Assembly (NCBI GenBank): GCA_963839965.1
Contig: CAWIWX010000006.1
Coordinates: 33,778 to 97,777 of the forward strand
DNA: 64,000 nucleotides
Direction of reading: 5' to 3'
DNA from: an uncultured Solirubrobacterales bacterium
GTDB lineage: Bacteria; Actinomycetota; Thermoleophilia; Solirubrobacterales; Solirubrobacteraceae
This document shows positions 47,340 to 58,019 of the stretch, in pieces. Both the position numbers and the translations under genes were made by a program. Numbering within the stretch: the first letter of the stretch is position 1; each line of letters starts with the position of its first letter. The notes under the pieces are model-generated. The model did no database searches. It worked only from the letters and a program-made list of their open reading frames with translations, and was not told where the DNA came from.

Positions 47340-50300
47340 TCAGCTCGCCGGGATCAATCGCTTCAGCGCGGCGCGGCACTCCTCGACTTCTCGCGTGATC
47401 TGGTGCGCTCCCAGGTGTGCGGCGGTCTCCTCGGCCTGCTCGAGCATCGTCTGCGCGCGGTCGCGGTCCTCGGGGCGGCCGCGGGCGATCAGCGCGCGAG
47501 CCCAGCTGGCGTGGGTGCGGGCGAGGAACAGCGGCGCGCCGAGCCGCTCCTCGATCTCGGCGGCGGTGGCGAAGTGGCCCTCGGCCTGCTCGTAACGCTC
47601 CTGGATTGCCGCGAGCGTGCCGAGCGCCCAGGCGATCGATCCGTACATCGAAGGAGGGGTGCCGGCGAGCTGGTCGGAGAAGGGCGCCAGCAGCTCGTAG
47701 AGCTCGCCCGCGCGATCAACGATCGCAAGACGGGAGCACACCATCGCCCAGACGATCATCGCCGAGGACCACGCCTGGTCCAACGGAATGCTCTGCAGAT
47801 CCTCGGCGAGCGCCAGCTCACGCGCCTCGTCGTCGCGACCGCTTTCGAGCAGTGCGAGCGCCACGCCCGCGCGGTACCCCGCGACACTTTCCTCTTCGCC
47901 GGCGGACTGCATCACCTGGTCGACCAGCTCCCCGAACCTGCCCTGAAAGTAGCGCAACGTGAACAGCTGCACGCCGAAGACCATCGCGGCATCTGGTTCG
48001 CCGGCCGCCGCACCGGCCTTGGCCGCCTTGATCGCCCACCGCTCAGACGCCTCGATGTCGCCCTGCACAAGGCTCCAGCTCGCCTCGTTTATCAGCAAAC
48101 CCCAGCCGGTGGCCAGCTGGGGCACCGACGCGGTCAGGGCGCATCCTCAGCAGGCTGGACTCGATCTGCGAGCGATCCCCGGACTCGAGGCCTGTGGCAA
48201 AACGCCAGGTGGCCGCGAAGAGGCTCAGCCGTGGGTCGTCCAGGCGCTGGGTGAGGTCGAACAGCTCGCCGACCAGCAGCCGGCGCTGCGCGAGGGTGTC
48301 CGGCGCCGTGATCGCCCAGCTGACATAAGCGAGCGTATGGGCCAGTGCGGCCTCATCGCCCGCGGCCCGGGCTAGCTCGATCGCCTCGGCGGCCAGCTGC
48401 CGGCACCGGGAGGGCTCCCCGGCGTAGTGCAGCTCTGAGGCCAGCAGCGCAAGGACCTGCGCGCGCCGCGGATCACCATCCGGGAGGGCAAACGCAGCGG
48501 CTTCTTGCGCTTGCACCCGCTCGCTATCCACCTCGCCCAAGCGGCTGGTCAATCCTCGCGTGTTGGCCAGCACGGCGCGGGCGAGCCGGTCGACGTCGTC
48601 GAGCGTCCGGGCGAGCTGAGCCGCGTCGAGCAGCGTCTGGCGAGACTCCGGGTTCTCGGCATAGCGCTGGGCCTCCCCAGACCGATCAACAGATCGCAGC
48701 GCTCGAGCGATCGCCGCCGGGCGCCTGGTCGTGGAGCGCGAGCGCCTGGCGATACCAGCGCTCGGCCTCGTCCGGCGCGAGCTGTGCCAGCGCACGCTCG
48801 GCGGCTCGCCGGGCGTAGTGGATCGCCTTGGCGGTGTCGGCGCTGACGACCGCCGCGGCCCAGTGGCCGGCCAGCTCACCCAGCCGCTCGCCGGGCTCGT
48901 CCCCGCACTGCTCCTCCAGCGCTTCCGCCACCTGCCGGTGAAGCCGCGCGCGACGGGTGCCCCGAGGTCCTCATAGAGGGTGTGCTCGACCAGCGCGTGA
49001 GTGAACGTGAAGCGCCCGGCTCGCTCTGCTGCTCTCCTGCAGCAGCGAGGCCGCGACCGCCTGCTCGAGCAGATCGAGCAGCCGCGTCTCGGGCGACTCG
49101 ACCACCGCCAAGAGCAAGTCGAGGTCGAAGTCGCGACCGATGACCGCGGCGGCGCTCAGCGCCGTGCGTGCGTCGGGGCCGAGGCGTTCCACACGCCGCC
49201 CGATCACCTCGCGCACGCTCTGCGGCAGGCCCAGCTCGGCCAGGTTCCCAATCAGGCGCCAGCGCCCGCCCTCCTCTTGCACGATCGCGCCGGACTCCGT
49301 CAAATGGCGCAGCACCTCACCCGCGAAGAAAGGGTTGCCCGCCGTCTCGCGCGTGATCTCCCGCGCGAGCGCACGCCCGTCCTCGTCCATCTCGTGCCCG
49401 GCAGCGGCCTCCATCAGCGCCACCAGATCATCTGTCAAAGACCCGTGAGCTTGATTCGCTCCACGCCCTGCTCGCGGTGCAGGTCGGCCAGCAGCGCTGC
49501 CAGGGGATGATCGCGCGAGAGGTCGGAGTCACGGTAGGTGCCCACGACCATCGCCGGAATCGAGGAGCCCGCTGATACCACATGGCGAAGCAGCGACAGC
49601 GTCGGCGCGTCGGCCCACTGAAGATCATCGAGGATCAGCACGAGCGGCTCCTGCTCACCCGCCCCCTCAAGCAGACCAGCGACGGCCGCATACATCAGAT
49701 AGCGCTCTGTCTCAGGGTCGCTCTCGCGAGCAGCGGGCAGATCGGGCACGCGATCGCGCAGCGCAGGCACAAGCCTCGCGAGTTCCCCGCCAAAGCGCTC
49801 GACATGCGCGTCGAGGACCGTCTGGGGGATCTCTTTGACGAGGTATCCGAGCGCCTGCACCCACGGCTGGTAAGGCACGCCGAGATCCTCATCACAGCGC
49901 CCATACAGCACAGTCGCGCCCTCCCCGTGCGCCTGCAGCGCCAGATGCGTGGACAGCCTCGTCTTGCCGACACCCGCCTCGCCGCTGATCAGAGCCAGCC
50001 GCAGCGAACCCTCGCGCGCCTGCCCCCAGAGCCCGTCGAGTCGCTCGCGCTCTGCCAGGCGCCCGACGTAGCCCGTCGCGGGCAGCTCACGCAGCCGCTC
50101 GGGCAACGCGATCCCGCTCACCGGTGCCGGCTCCCACTGAAGCTCGAACGCCTGAACCGGCTCCGAGATCCCCTTAGCTCAAGGCCACCGAGCGACTTGA
50201 AGCTGTGACCGTCGCGTGAGCCCGCGAGCTGGCGCACCAATGCGTTGACCACGATCTGCCCGCCCGCCGCGCGAGCGCACAGCCTCGCGGCCTCGACGAC

Positions 50301-50645
50301 CGGCTCGCCGAAATAGTCGCCGTCCTGCACCGTGGCCTCACCGAGGCTCAGACCGATCCGCACCTCCAGCCACTCCTGCGAGCGGCGGTTGCGCGCCTCG
50401 ACGGCCTGCTGCATCCGGGCCGCGCACGACAACGACTCCGAAGCGCTGGAGAACACCACCATCAGCCCATCCCCGAGATTCTTCACCTCCCGTCCACCGG
50501 TGCGCTCAAGCGCCGCGCGCAGCAGCCCGAAGTGCTCTGTGCGCAGCTCCTCCGCGGCCCCGGGGCCGACGCGGTCGGCGATCGCGGTCGAACCCACCAA
50601 ATCGGTCATCAGGACCGCGACCATCTCCGTGGCAGTGGAGCTCAC
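47340..50645 (-). CDS. Class III nucleotidyl cyclase-STAND ATPase-TPR protein, copy 2 (several indels)
   Basis: MTDLVGST, KNLGDG, DYFGEPVVEAARL, GEAGVGKT, LDDLQWAD, TAGNPFF. Colinear with 51829-55134. Confidence 0.88.
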
Positions 50646-50651
50646 CCGCCA

Positions 50652-50680
50652 ATCATCCGACTTTCGCCAGACCGGCGCAA
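50652..50680 (-). promoter_or_regulatory. Putative leaderless promoter of cyclase copy 2
   Basis: TTGCGC-17 nt-GATGAT-6 nt-GTG, same layout as 55141-55169. Confidence 0.55.
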
Positions 50681-50689
50681 TCACGTGCC

Positions 50690-51790
50690 TCAGACTGTCG
50701 GCGTTGGCCTTGATCAGCCGCCCGCACAGCATCCGGGAGATGTTGAACAGCAGCTTGGCCGCCAAGACCGGCTCCTCGGCCATCAGCCTGTGCAGCGTCC
50801 CATCGGAGAGCGACAGGATCCTCACGCCGGGCGTGGCAGCATAGACGTCGGACTGGCGGGGCAGCTCCAGCAGGAACGCCATCTCCCCGAACACGTCACC
50901 CGGCCCGAGGACATTCACGAGCCTGCCCTGGTGGCGAACCTCGAGAGTCCCTCGAGGACCAGAAAGAGGTTCTGGGAAGAGCCGCCCTCCTTGAGCACTC
51001 GATCGCCGGGGGCGCACTCGATGATGTTGCTGCGAGCGATGCACTCCCTCCTCTCCGCCGGGTCCAGACCGGCAAAGGCATGGAGCTCCTCTTCCTCGAG
51101 GCGTTCGAGGGCGCCCTGCACGTACGCCCAGTAATCCCCGGGGGCCATGACAGCAGCGGAGCGGACGGCGTCGCCTCGGGCCAGGGCAGCCTCGATCGAT
51201 CGCGGCAGGCAGAGACGGCCATCCCCGTCCAGGCTGCCGATCGCCGCGGCCAAGCCGTCCATGTCCCCGGCGAGAAACATCAGCGGGATGAAATAACCCG
51301 CCTCCTCGCTGTTGATGTTGCGCTCGGCGTACGTTCGGCCTCCAGCCGAGAGGTTCGTGGACAAAAGATGCGGCTCGCAGACACCGAAGACGAGCCGCAC
51401 GCCACCGGCTTCGACGTCCTCGCGCGCGAGCTCGCGCAGCTTCGAGGCGACCGCCCCGCCCCGCAGATGCGGCGCGACCATCAGCCGCTCGCCGACGGCC
51501 ATCAGCCGGGGCGGAACCTCAGACATGAATGGGCCCAGGCTGTACTGGTCGATCTGACGAGGCGAGAAGCCGTCGGCCCCCAGGGTCAGGCGCGAGGTTC
51601 CCACCACCTGTCCGTCCTCACGGGCGCCATAGAGAATGCTGTGGGCGTCCTCGGGCTCGACCAGTCGACGACCGCGGTGATCCGCGGTCCGGTGGAAGCG
51701 GCCCATCTCCTGCACGTACACGCCGTAGCGAAACCGGAACAGCTCCTCGCGGTCCCCTTCGGTCTGCGCCCTGAAAACCTCGACAGTCAT
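50690..51790 (-). CDS. GNAT acyltransferase (FeeM/LuxI-like) fused to a C-terminal cNMP-binding domain (indel near 50950; stop unclear)
   Basis: ELFRFRYGVYVQEMG...VVGTSRL...RLMVAPHLRG, then GDRVLKEG...LFLVLEG...GDVFGEMAFLLELPRQSDV. Confidence 0.85.
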
Positions 51791-51828
51791 TGGCCACCCC
51801 CCATCCCGGCCTTCAACACCTTCAACAG

Positions 51829-54800
51829 TCACCCGCCGATCGCCGCGAGGGCGGCGCGGCAATCCGCGACTTCCCGCGTGATCCCTCCCGCGCCCAGGCG
51901 TTCGGCGACCTCCTCGGCCTGCTCGAGCATGTGCTGAGCGCGGTCGCGGTCCTCGGGCCGGCCACGGGCGATCAGCGCACTGGCCCATGCGGCTTGAGTG
52001 CGGGCGAGCAGCAGCGGCGCGCCGAAGCGCTGCTCGATCTCGGCGGCGGCGATGAAGTGGCCCTCGGCCTGCTCGTAGCGCTCCAGCGTCGCGGACAGCC
52101 TGCCGAGAGCCCAGGGGAACGATCCCAACACATGACCAGCGGGGACCACGAACTGGCCGGAGAAGGGCGCCAAGAGCTCATACAGCTCCCCCGCGCACTC
52201 GAGGGCGCACAGGCGGGAGCAGGCATCGGCCCAGAAGAGCATGACTGTCGACCACACCAGGTCCAATGGCACGCTCTGAAAGTCCTCGGCGAGCGCCAGC
52301 TCGCCCGCCTCGTCCGCGCGGCCGGCTTGGATCAGGGCGAGCGCCGCGCCCGCCCGCCACCCCGAGCGGTTTTCCTGCTGGTCGGCGAGCGCCAGCGACT
52401 CCTCCACGAGCTCTCCGAGCCGGCCCTGGAAATAGCGAACATAAAACAGTTCCACGCCGAAGTTCAGCACAGCGTCAGGCTGGCCGGATGCCCTGCTGGC
52501 CTCGAACGCCTGGATCCCCCACTGCTCAGAGGCCTGAAGTTCGCCCTGAGCAAGAGCCAAGCCGGCCTCACACACCAGCCGTTGATATCCGAGGAAGGGC
52601 TCCGGCACGGAGGCAGCCAGCGTTCTCATCGCTGCAAGGCCGGACTCGGCCCGCGAGCGATCCCCGGCCTCCAAGCCGACGCCCAGGCTTCTGACGGCCA
52701 CCCGGAAGCTCAACGACGGGTTGTCCAGGCGCTGCGCCAGCTCGAGGAGCTCGTCGGTCAGCCGCTCGCGCTCCTTCAGCGTGTCAGGAGCCCAGACTGC
52801 AGCAGTGGCGTTGACCAGCGTGTGCGCGAGCGCAGCCGGATCGCCTGTGGCTCGGGCTATCTCGATCGCCTGCGTCGCCAGTGCCCGGCAGCGCGCCGGC
52901 TCGCCGGCGAAGTGAAGCTCGCTCACGAGCAGCGCAAGCACCCGCGCCCGCCGCGGATCGCCGTCCGGGAGGGCCTGCGCGGCGGCCTCGAGCGTCTTTA
53001 CGCGCTCGGAGTCCACCGCAGCCACTTGGCTGGTCCATCCCCGGTTATTTGCGAGCACCGCGCGACCGAGGCGGTCTGCGTCGCCGAGCTCCTGGGCGAG
53101 CTCGGCGGCAGCGAGCAGCGTCTGGCGATGCTCAGGGTTGCCGACCTGGCGCTGGGCCTCCCCCAGACCGATCAAAAGCTCGCAGCGCCCGGAGCGATCG
53201 CCGCCGGGCGCCTGGTCGTAGAGATCGAGGGCCTGGCGATACCAGCGCGCCGCCTCATCCGGGGCGAGTTGCTCAAGCGCGCGCTCCGCGGCCAGCCGCG
53301 CATAGTGGATGGCCTTGGCGCTGTCGGCGCTAACCACCGCCGCGGCCCAGTGGCCGGCGAGCTCGCCCAGCCGCTCGCCCGGATCATCCCCGCACTGCGC
53401 CTCGAGCGCTTCGGCGACCCGTTTGTGCAGCCGGGCGCGACGGGCACGCCCGAGATCCTCATACAAGGTGTGCTCGACCAGCCCGTGGGTGAACGCGAAG
53501 CGCTCCGCTCGCTCCGGGCCCTCCTGCAGCAGCGACGCCACGACCGCCTCGTCCAGCAGGTCCAGCAGCCGATCCTCGGAGAGCCCCAGCACCGCGAGCA
53601 GCAACTCGAGATCGAATTCGCGGCCGATCACCGCGGCGGCGCTCAGCGCCGCGCGTGCGTCTGAGCCCAGGCGCTCGACACGCCGGCCGACGACCTCGCG
53701 CACGCTCTGGGGCAGGCCCAGGTCGGCCAGATCCCCCACCAGGCGCCAGCGCCCACCGTCCTCTTGCGCGACCGCGCCGGACTCCGTCAAATGGCGCAAC
53801 ACCTCACCCGCAAAGAACGGGTTACCCGCGGTCTCACGGGCTATCTCCGCGGCGAGCGCACGCCCGTCCCCGTCGAGCTCATGCCCGGCGACGGCCTCCA
53901 TCAACGCCATCACATCATCCGCCTGTAGGCCCGTGAGCTTCAGGCGATCGACGCCCTGCTCGCGGTGCAGGTCTGCCAGCAGCGCCGCCAGCGGATGCTC
54001 GCGCGAGAGATCGGTGTCGCGGTAGGTCCCGACGATCAGCACCCGCATCGATAGGCCCGCCGCCACGACGTGGCGAAGCAGCGAGAGCGTCGGTGAATCG
54101 GCCCAATGCAGATCGTCCAGGACCAGCACGACGGGCTCCCGCTCGCCCGCCTGCTCCAGCAGGCCCGCGACCGCGGCATACAGCAGATAACGCTCGGTCT
54201 CCGGGTCGCTCTGGCGCGGGGCAGGCAGCTCAGACAGACGATCCCCGAGGTCGGGCGCCAGACGCGCCAAATCGCCGCCGAAGCGCTCGACATGCCTATC
54301 GAGCACCGACTGAGGCGCCTCCTTCACAAAGTGCCCCAGCGCCTGCACCCACGGCTGATAGGGCACGCCGAGATCCTCATCGCAACGCCCGTACAACACG
54401 GTCGCGCCCTGACCGTGCGCGTCCAGCGCCAAGTGCGTGGACAGCCGCGTCTTACCCACACCCGCCTCCCCGCCGATCAGCGCCAAGCGCAGCGAACCCT
54501 CACACGCCTGGCCCCAAAGCGCTCTGAGCCGCTCGCGCTCGGCGAGGCGCCCGACGTAGCCGGTCGCCGGCAGCTCACGCAACCGCTCGGGCAGCGCGAT
54601 GCCTGTCGGGGTGGCCGGCTCCCAGACAAGCTCGAACGCCGCCACCGGCTCGGAGATGCCCTTCAGCTCAAGGGCTCCGAGAGAGCGGAAACTGTGACCG
54701 TCACGCGCGCCCGCGAGCCGATGAACGAGATCGTTGACCAGGATCTGCCCGCCGGTCGCGTGAGCGCACAGGCGCGCCGCTTCCACGACCGGCTCACCGA

Positions 54801-55134
54801 AATAGTCCCCGTCCTGCGCCGCGGCCTCACCGAGGCTCACGCCGACCCGCACCCCGAGCTGCTCCTCTGAGCGGCGATTGCGCGCCTCGACGGCCTGCTG
54901 CATCCGGGCCGCGCACAGGAGCGACTGGGCGGCGCTCGAGAACACCACCATCAACCCATCGCCGAGGTTCTTGACCTCCCGGCCGCCCGTGCGCTGCAGC
55001 GCACCACGCAGCAGCCCGAAGTGCTCTGTCCGCAGATCCTCCGCGGCCTCCGGGCCGACACGATCGGCGATCGCGGTCGAACCCACCAGATCGGTCATCA
55101 GGACCGACACCGTCTCTGTGGCGGTCGAGCTCAC
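51829..55134 (-). CDS. Class III nucleotidyl cyclase-STAND ATPase-TPR protein, copy 1 (intact, 1101 aa)
   Basis: Same motifs as copy 2 in one continuous ORF; no C-terminal LuxR HTH. Confidence 0.92.
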   Translation of the reverse strand: MSSTATETVSVLMTDLVGSTAIADRVGPEAAEDLRTEHFGLLRGALQRTGGREVKNLGDGLMVVFSSAAQSLLCAARMQQAVEARNRRSEEQLGVRVGVSLGEAAAQDGDYFGEPVVEAARLCAHATGGQILVNDLVHRLAGARDGHSFRSLGALELKGISEPVAAFELVWEPATPTGIALPERLRELPATGYVGRLAERERLRALWGQACEGSLRLALIGGEAGVGKTRLSTHLALDAHGQGATVLYGRCDEDLGVPYQPWVQALGHFVKEAPQSVLDRHVERFGGDLARLAPDLGDRLSELPAPRQSDPETERYLLYAAVAGLLEQAGEREPVVLVLDDLHWADSPTLSLLRHVVAAGLSMRVLIVGTYRDTDLSREHPLAALLADLHREQGVDRLKLTGLQADDVMALMEAVAGHELDGDGRALAAEIARETAGNPFFAGEVLRHLTESGAVAQEDGGRWRLVGDLADLGLPQSVREVVGRRVERLGSDARAALSAAAVIGREFDLELLLAVLGLSEDRLLDLLDEAVVASLLQEGPERAERFAFTHGLVEHTLYEDLGRARRARLHKRVAEALEAQCGDDPGERLGELAGHWAAAVVSADSAKAIHYARLAAERALEQLAPDEAARWYRQALDLYDQAPGGDRSGRCELLIGLGEAQRQVGNPEHRQTLLAAAELAQELGDADRLGRAVLANNRGWTSQVAAVDSERVKTLEAAAQALPDGDPRRARVLALLVSELHFAGEPARCRALATQAIEIARATGDPAALAHTLVNATAAVWAPDTLKERERLTDELLELAQRLDNPSLSFRVAVRSLGVGLEAGDRSRAESGLAAMRTLAASVPEPFLGYQRLVCEAGLALAQGELQASEQWGIQAFEASRASGQPDAVLNFGVELFYVRYFQGRLGELVEESLALADQQENRSGWRAGAALALIQAGRADEAGELALAEDFQSVPLDLVWSTVMLFWADACSRLCALECAGELYELLAPFSGQFVVPAGHVLGSFPWALGRLSATLERYEQAEGHFIAAAEIEQRFGAPLLLARTQAAWASALIARGRPEDRDRAQHMLEQAEEVAERLGAGGITREVADCRAALAAIGG

Positions 55135-55140
55135 CCGCCA

Positions 55141-55169
55141 ATCATCCGACTTTCAGGGCGCCGGTGCAA
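55141..55169 (-). promoter_or_regulatory. Putative leaderless promoter of cyclase copy 1
   Basis: TTGCAC-17 nt-GATGAT-6 nt-GTG start. Confidence 0.6.
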
Positions 55170-55272
55170 TGACGTCAGACGGCGCTGACCCGCTCAGCAA
55201 CGCCGTCGTCGTGTCCTTCACCGTGACCGCACCAGCCATCAGCGACTGCCGAGCGCGCCTACAATCCGGTGC

Positions 55273-55608
55273 GTGCAGGTCTGGGAGCTAGATCGTCTGC
55301 GTGTCGCGGCGCACCACCCGCAGATCCTGCGCTCCGATGACGACGCCAACCGCGTCATCGCGCTGCTGCTGCCGCAAGGCGAGGTTCTGCAGGAGCATCA
55401 AGTGCACGAGCACGCGCTCGTGTTCGTGCTGCGCGGCGAGCTGCTCGTGAGCGCCGCCGCAAGCGAGCGGACCTTATCCGCGCCGAGCCTGATCCACTTC
55501 GCCCCCGGCGAGCGCCATGAGGTGCGCGCCATCAGCGAGTGCCAGCTCATTCTGTGCCTGGCTCCCTGGCCCGGCCCCGGACACCCCAGCCAACCCGCGA
55601 CCGCGTAA
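55273..55608 (+). CDS. Cupin-domain protein
   Basis: LQEHQVHEHALVFVLRGEL...FAPGERHEVRA. Confidence 0.85.
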   Translation: MQVWELDRLRVAAHHPQILRSDDDANRVIALLLPQGEVLQEHQVHEHALVFVLRGELLVSAAASERTLSAPSLIHFAPGERHEVRAISECQLILCLAPWPGPGHPSQPATA

Positions 55609-55660
55609 ACCCGGGAGAACCACGTCTGGCTCATCACTACGGCGCAGCGCTCCCCCCGGA

Positions 55661-56848
55661 TTACGCGATCGGGACCTTCTCACGAGCGAGTCGCTCCAGG
55701 AGCGGAACGGCCTCGCCCACGTCCGGAAGCTCGCCAAACGCCGCCTTCATCGCCGCCGCGCCGGCCTGGAGCTCATCATCCGCGAGCGCACCGCGGACCA
55801 GGTCGCACAGCCCCTGTGCGCTCTGTGCGTCGCGGCCGACGACACGCGCGAGGCCGAGCTCGGCGCAGCGCTTGGCGTTGTACCAGTGATCGGCCGCGAG
55901 GCACGTGAGGACCATCGGAACCCCGTGCTGCATGGCTCCGAGGACCGTTCCAAAGCCGGCGTGCGAGACGACCAGATCACAGTGCTCGAGCAGCAGCGAC
56001 TGCGGGATGAACCGCTCGACGTGGACGTTCGCGGGCAGCGGCCCGAGCGAGCCGGGGTCAAAGCCCGCGCCGGTCGTGATAACAACCTCCGCGTCGAGCG
56101 GGCAAAGCCCGTCGATCAGCCATCCGATCAGCGGCGCGATCGACACCACGGTCCCGATCGTCGCGTAGATCAGCGGCCGCTCGGGGAGCTCGGCAAACCA
56201 CGACGGCAACCCGGTGCCCGCCGGGGCGTCATACAGCGCCATCGCAAAGCGACGCGTGGTCGGGCTGGCGGGCGCCCGCTCGCTCACCCAGTGCTCGGGC
56301 AGCGGTGAGAGGCGCAGCCACCGAGCCCCGTGAGAGTCGCGGACAGGAGCGGGCCCGAGCCCGAACGCGGCACGCAGCTCATCGTAGAGATCTCCGGTGT
56401 AGGAGAAGTCCACGTCGGCCTCATAACCCCAAGAGCAGTACGCGTAAGGGATGTCCACGACATCGGCGGCGAGGGGCCCGCCCCAATCGGCGAAATCGGC
56501 AACCACCAGGTCGGGCTGGAAACCCTGCGCGATCTCGAGCACGCTTTCAGCCATCGGGCGATGCAGGCGCGGAAAGGCGATGCGCTCGATCAGCCAGCGG
56601 ACCTGGTCCGGGCCGCGCGGGGCATCCGCGATCTCGGGAAAGCTCACCAGAGGCTCAGACCACAGGTAGTCGAGGCCCGCCGGCCGACACTCGAACCCGT
56701 GCGAGCGCACCGTCTCACAGAAGCGCGGCGCCGTCGCGAACAGCACGTCATGGCCAGCGTCCCCGCACGCGTGCGCCACCGGCAGCAGCGGATTGAGATG
56801 CCCGTGCGCGGGGTGGGTCGAGAAAATGATGCGCAACCGCGCCATCAA
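55661..56848 (-). CDS. GT1-family glycosyltransferase
   Basis: PAHGHLNP, IYATIGT, FIPQ, HAGFGT, AADH. Confidence 0.9.
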   Translation of the reverse strand: MMARLRIIFSTHPAHGHLNPLLPVAHACGDAGHDVLFATAPRFCETVRSHGFECRPAGLDYLWSEPLVSFPEIADAPRGPDQVRWLIERIAFPRLHRPMAESVLEIAQGFQPDLVVADFADWGGPLAADVVDIPYAYCSWGYEADVDFSYTGDLYDELRAAFGLGPAPVRDSHGARWLRLSPLPEHWVSERAPASPTTRRFAMALYDAPAGTGLPSWFAELPERPLIYATIGTVVSIAPLIGWLIDGLCPLDAEVVITTGAGFDPGSLGPLPANVHVERFIPQSLLLEHCDLVVSHAGFGTVLGAMQHGVPMVLTCLAADHWYNAKRCAELGLARVVGRDAQSAQGLCDLVRGALADDELQAGAAAMKAAFGELPDVGEAVPLLERLAREKVPIA

Positions 56849-56936
56849 ACCACACGGCGGAGCCTGACAAGTCTCCCAGGCTCGAGAGCCCGGGGGGTAC
56901 GCCCATTGCGCCAGCCACCGGGAGCTTCGCGGCTCG

Positions 56937-56989
56937 TCCCCCTACTGGTCCCCCTATTTGCTCGGGCCCGTCCCCCTAAAATCCCCCTA
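56937..56989. repeat. Four tcccccta direct repeats (possible integrase arm sites)
   Basis: Copies at about 56937, 56949, 56971 and 56982. Confidence 0.55.
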
Positions 56990-57150
56990 TCGGCAGGATC
57001 CGGGGCGAGAAGTCCCTGCAAACACTGTCCGCTCCTGACCGGCCCTGTCCGGCTCTGTCAAGCCGAATCTTCAGTGCTGGCCGGGGATGTCCGGACATGT
57101 CCGCCAAAGTGAAGCGATCGGGGAGACTACTCCAGAACCCACAAAACATT

Positions 57151-57617
57151 GTGACTGTTCAGGTCGTCGTGGGGTTGGTTATGGGCTGGCGGCGGTGGGC
57201 AGCCAGGGGGTGTGGTGCGCTAGGCGGGCGAGCGCGTCGAGGATGTCGCGGCCTTGCTTGCGCGTGGTGCTGATGTAGGCGCGTAGGGCGAAGAAGCGGT
57301 CGGCGCCGGTTGTGGTGCGCCAACTGCCGGAGATCTTCTGCTGGATCTTGATCATGCGGATGTCGCGCTCGACGAGGTTGTTGTCGAACGGGACGCGGAA
57401 GTCGTGCGCGAAGCGCAGCACCTGCTCGCGCTGCTCGTCGAGGCGGCGCAGCAGATTGGCTTGGGGGCTGCGGCCGATCGGGCCGCGCTTGCCGGTGCGG
57501 ACGCTCGGCGGCGGGTTCTGGTGGTGGCCGAGCGCGATGATCTGCTCGTAGGCGGCTCGGTACCCGACCAGCACCCACGGGTCCAACCAGTCTTCGCCGA
57601 CGGCCTTCGCGGCCTTG
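57151..57617 (-). mobile_element. IS66-family remnant (3' end of transposase plus terminus)
   Basis: NLLRRL...VLRFAHDFRVPFDNNLVERDIRMIKIQQKISG; end sequence gtgactgttcagg. Confidence 0.82.
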
Positions 57618-57969
57618 TAACGGATTCGCCGCAGCACGCTCGCGATGCCACGGTTGCGGATCTTCGAGCGTCCCTGGCGAATGTCATCCGTCGTGGTGCC
57701 CGGGAGCATGGGCCCCGGGTTGTGGATCTCAATGCGATCGTCGTAGACGAACGCCTTGATCGTCTCGCCCGATCTTGAGTAGTCCGTGTGCGCCACAGCA
57801 TTGACGAGTAGCTCACGGATCATCACGCCTGAGTACTCGGGTCGGGGCTCGCGCTGAAGGCGACCGGCGGGGATCGGCTCGGCTTGGCGGGTGTTGCGCC
57901 GAATAAAGCGCTCAGCAGCGTCGACAGCCTCAAGCACCGTGAGCTCTTCATCGGGGTCAAACAGGTCCT
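57618..57969 (-). pseudogene. Internal fragment of an ATP-binding/RecG-C-terminal-like protein
   Basis: IRELLVNAVAHTDY, DDRIEIHNPG, SKIRNRGIA; cut by IS ends on both sides. Confidence 0.75.
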
Positions 57970-58019
57970 TGAACCGCCCCGGGAATGTTGGAGGCCTGAT
58001 CGCTTGAGAGGATTGGGCG

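Noticed and set aside
20982-53664. Long antisense ORFs (20982-23948, 28052-29512, 32601-34028, 51790-53664)
   Set aside because: Shadow frames of real minus-strand genes in GC-rich DNA, with no recognisable motifs.
47340-55134. Assignment to known CBASS, Pycsar or Avs systems
   Set aside because: No CD-NTase is present, the cyclases keep adenine-type specifiers and are fused to STAND domains, and there is no nuclease/TIR/SIR2 effector. Only an analogy is supported.
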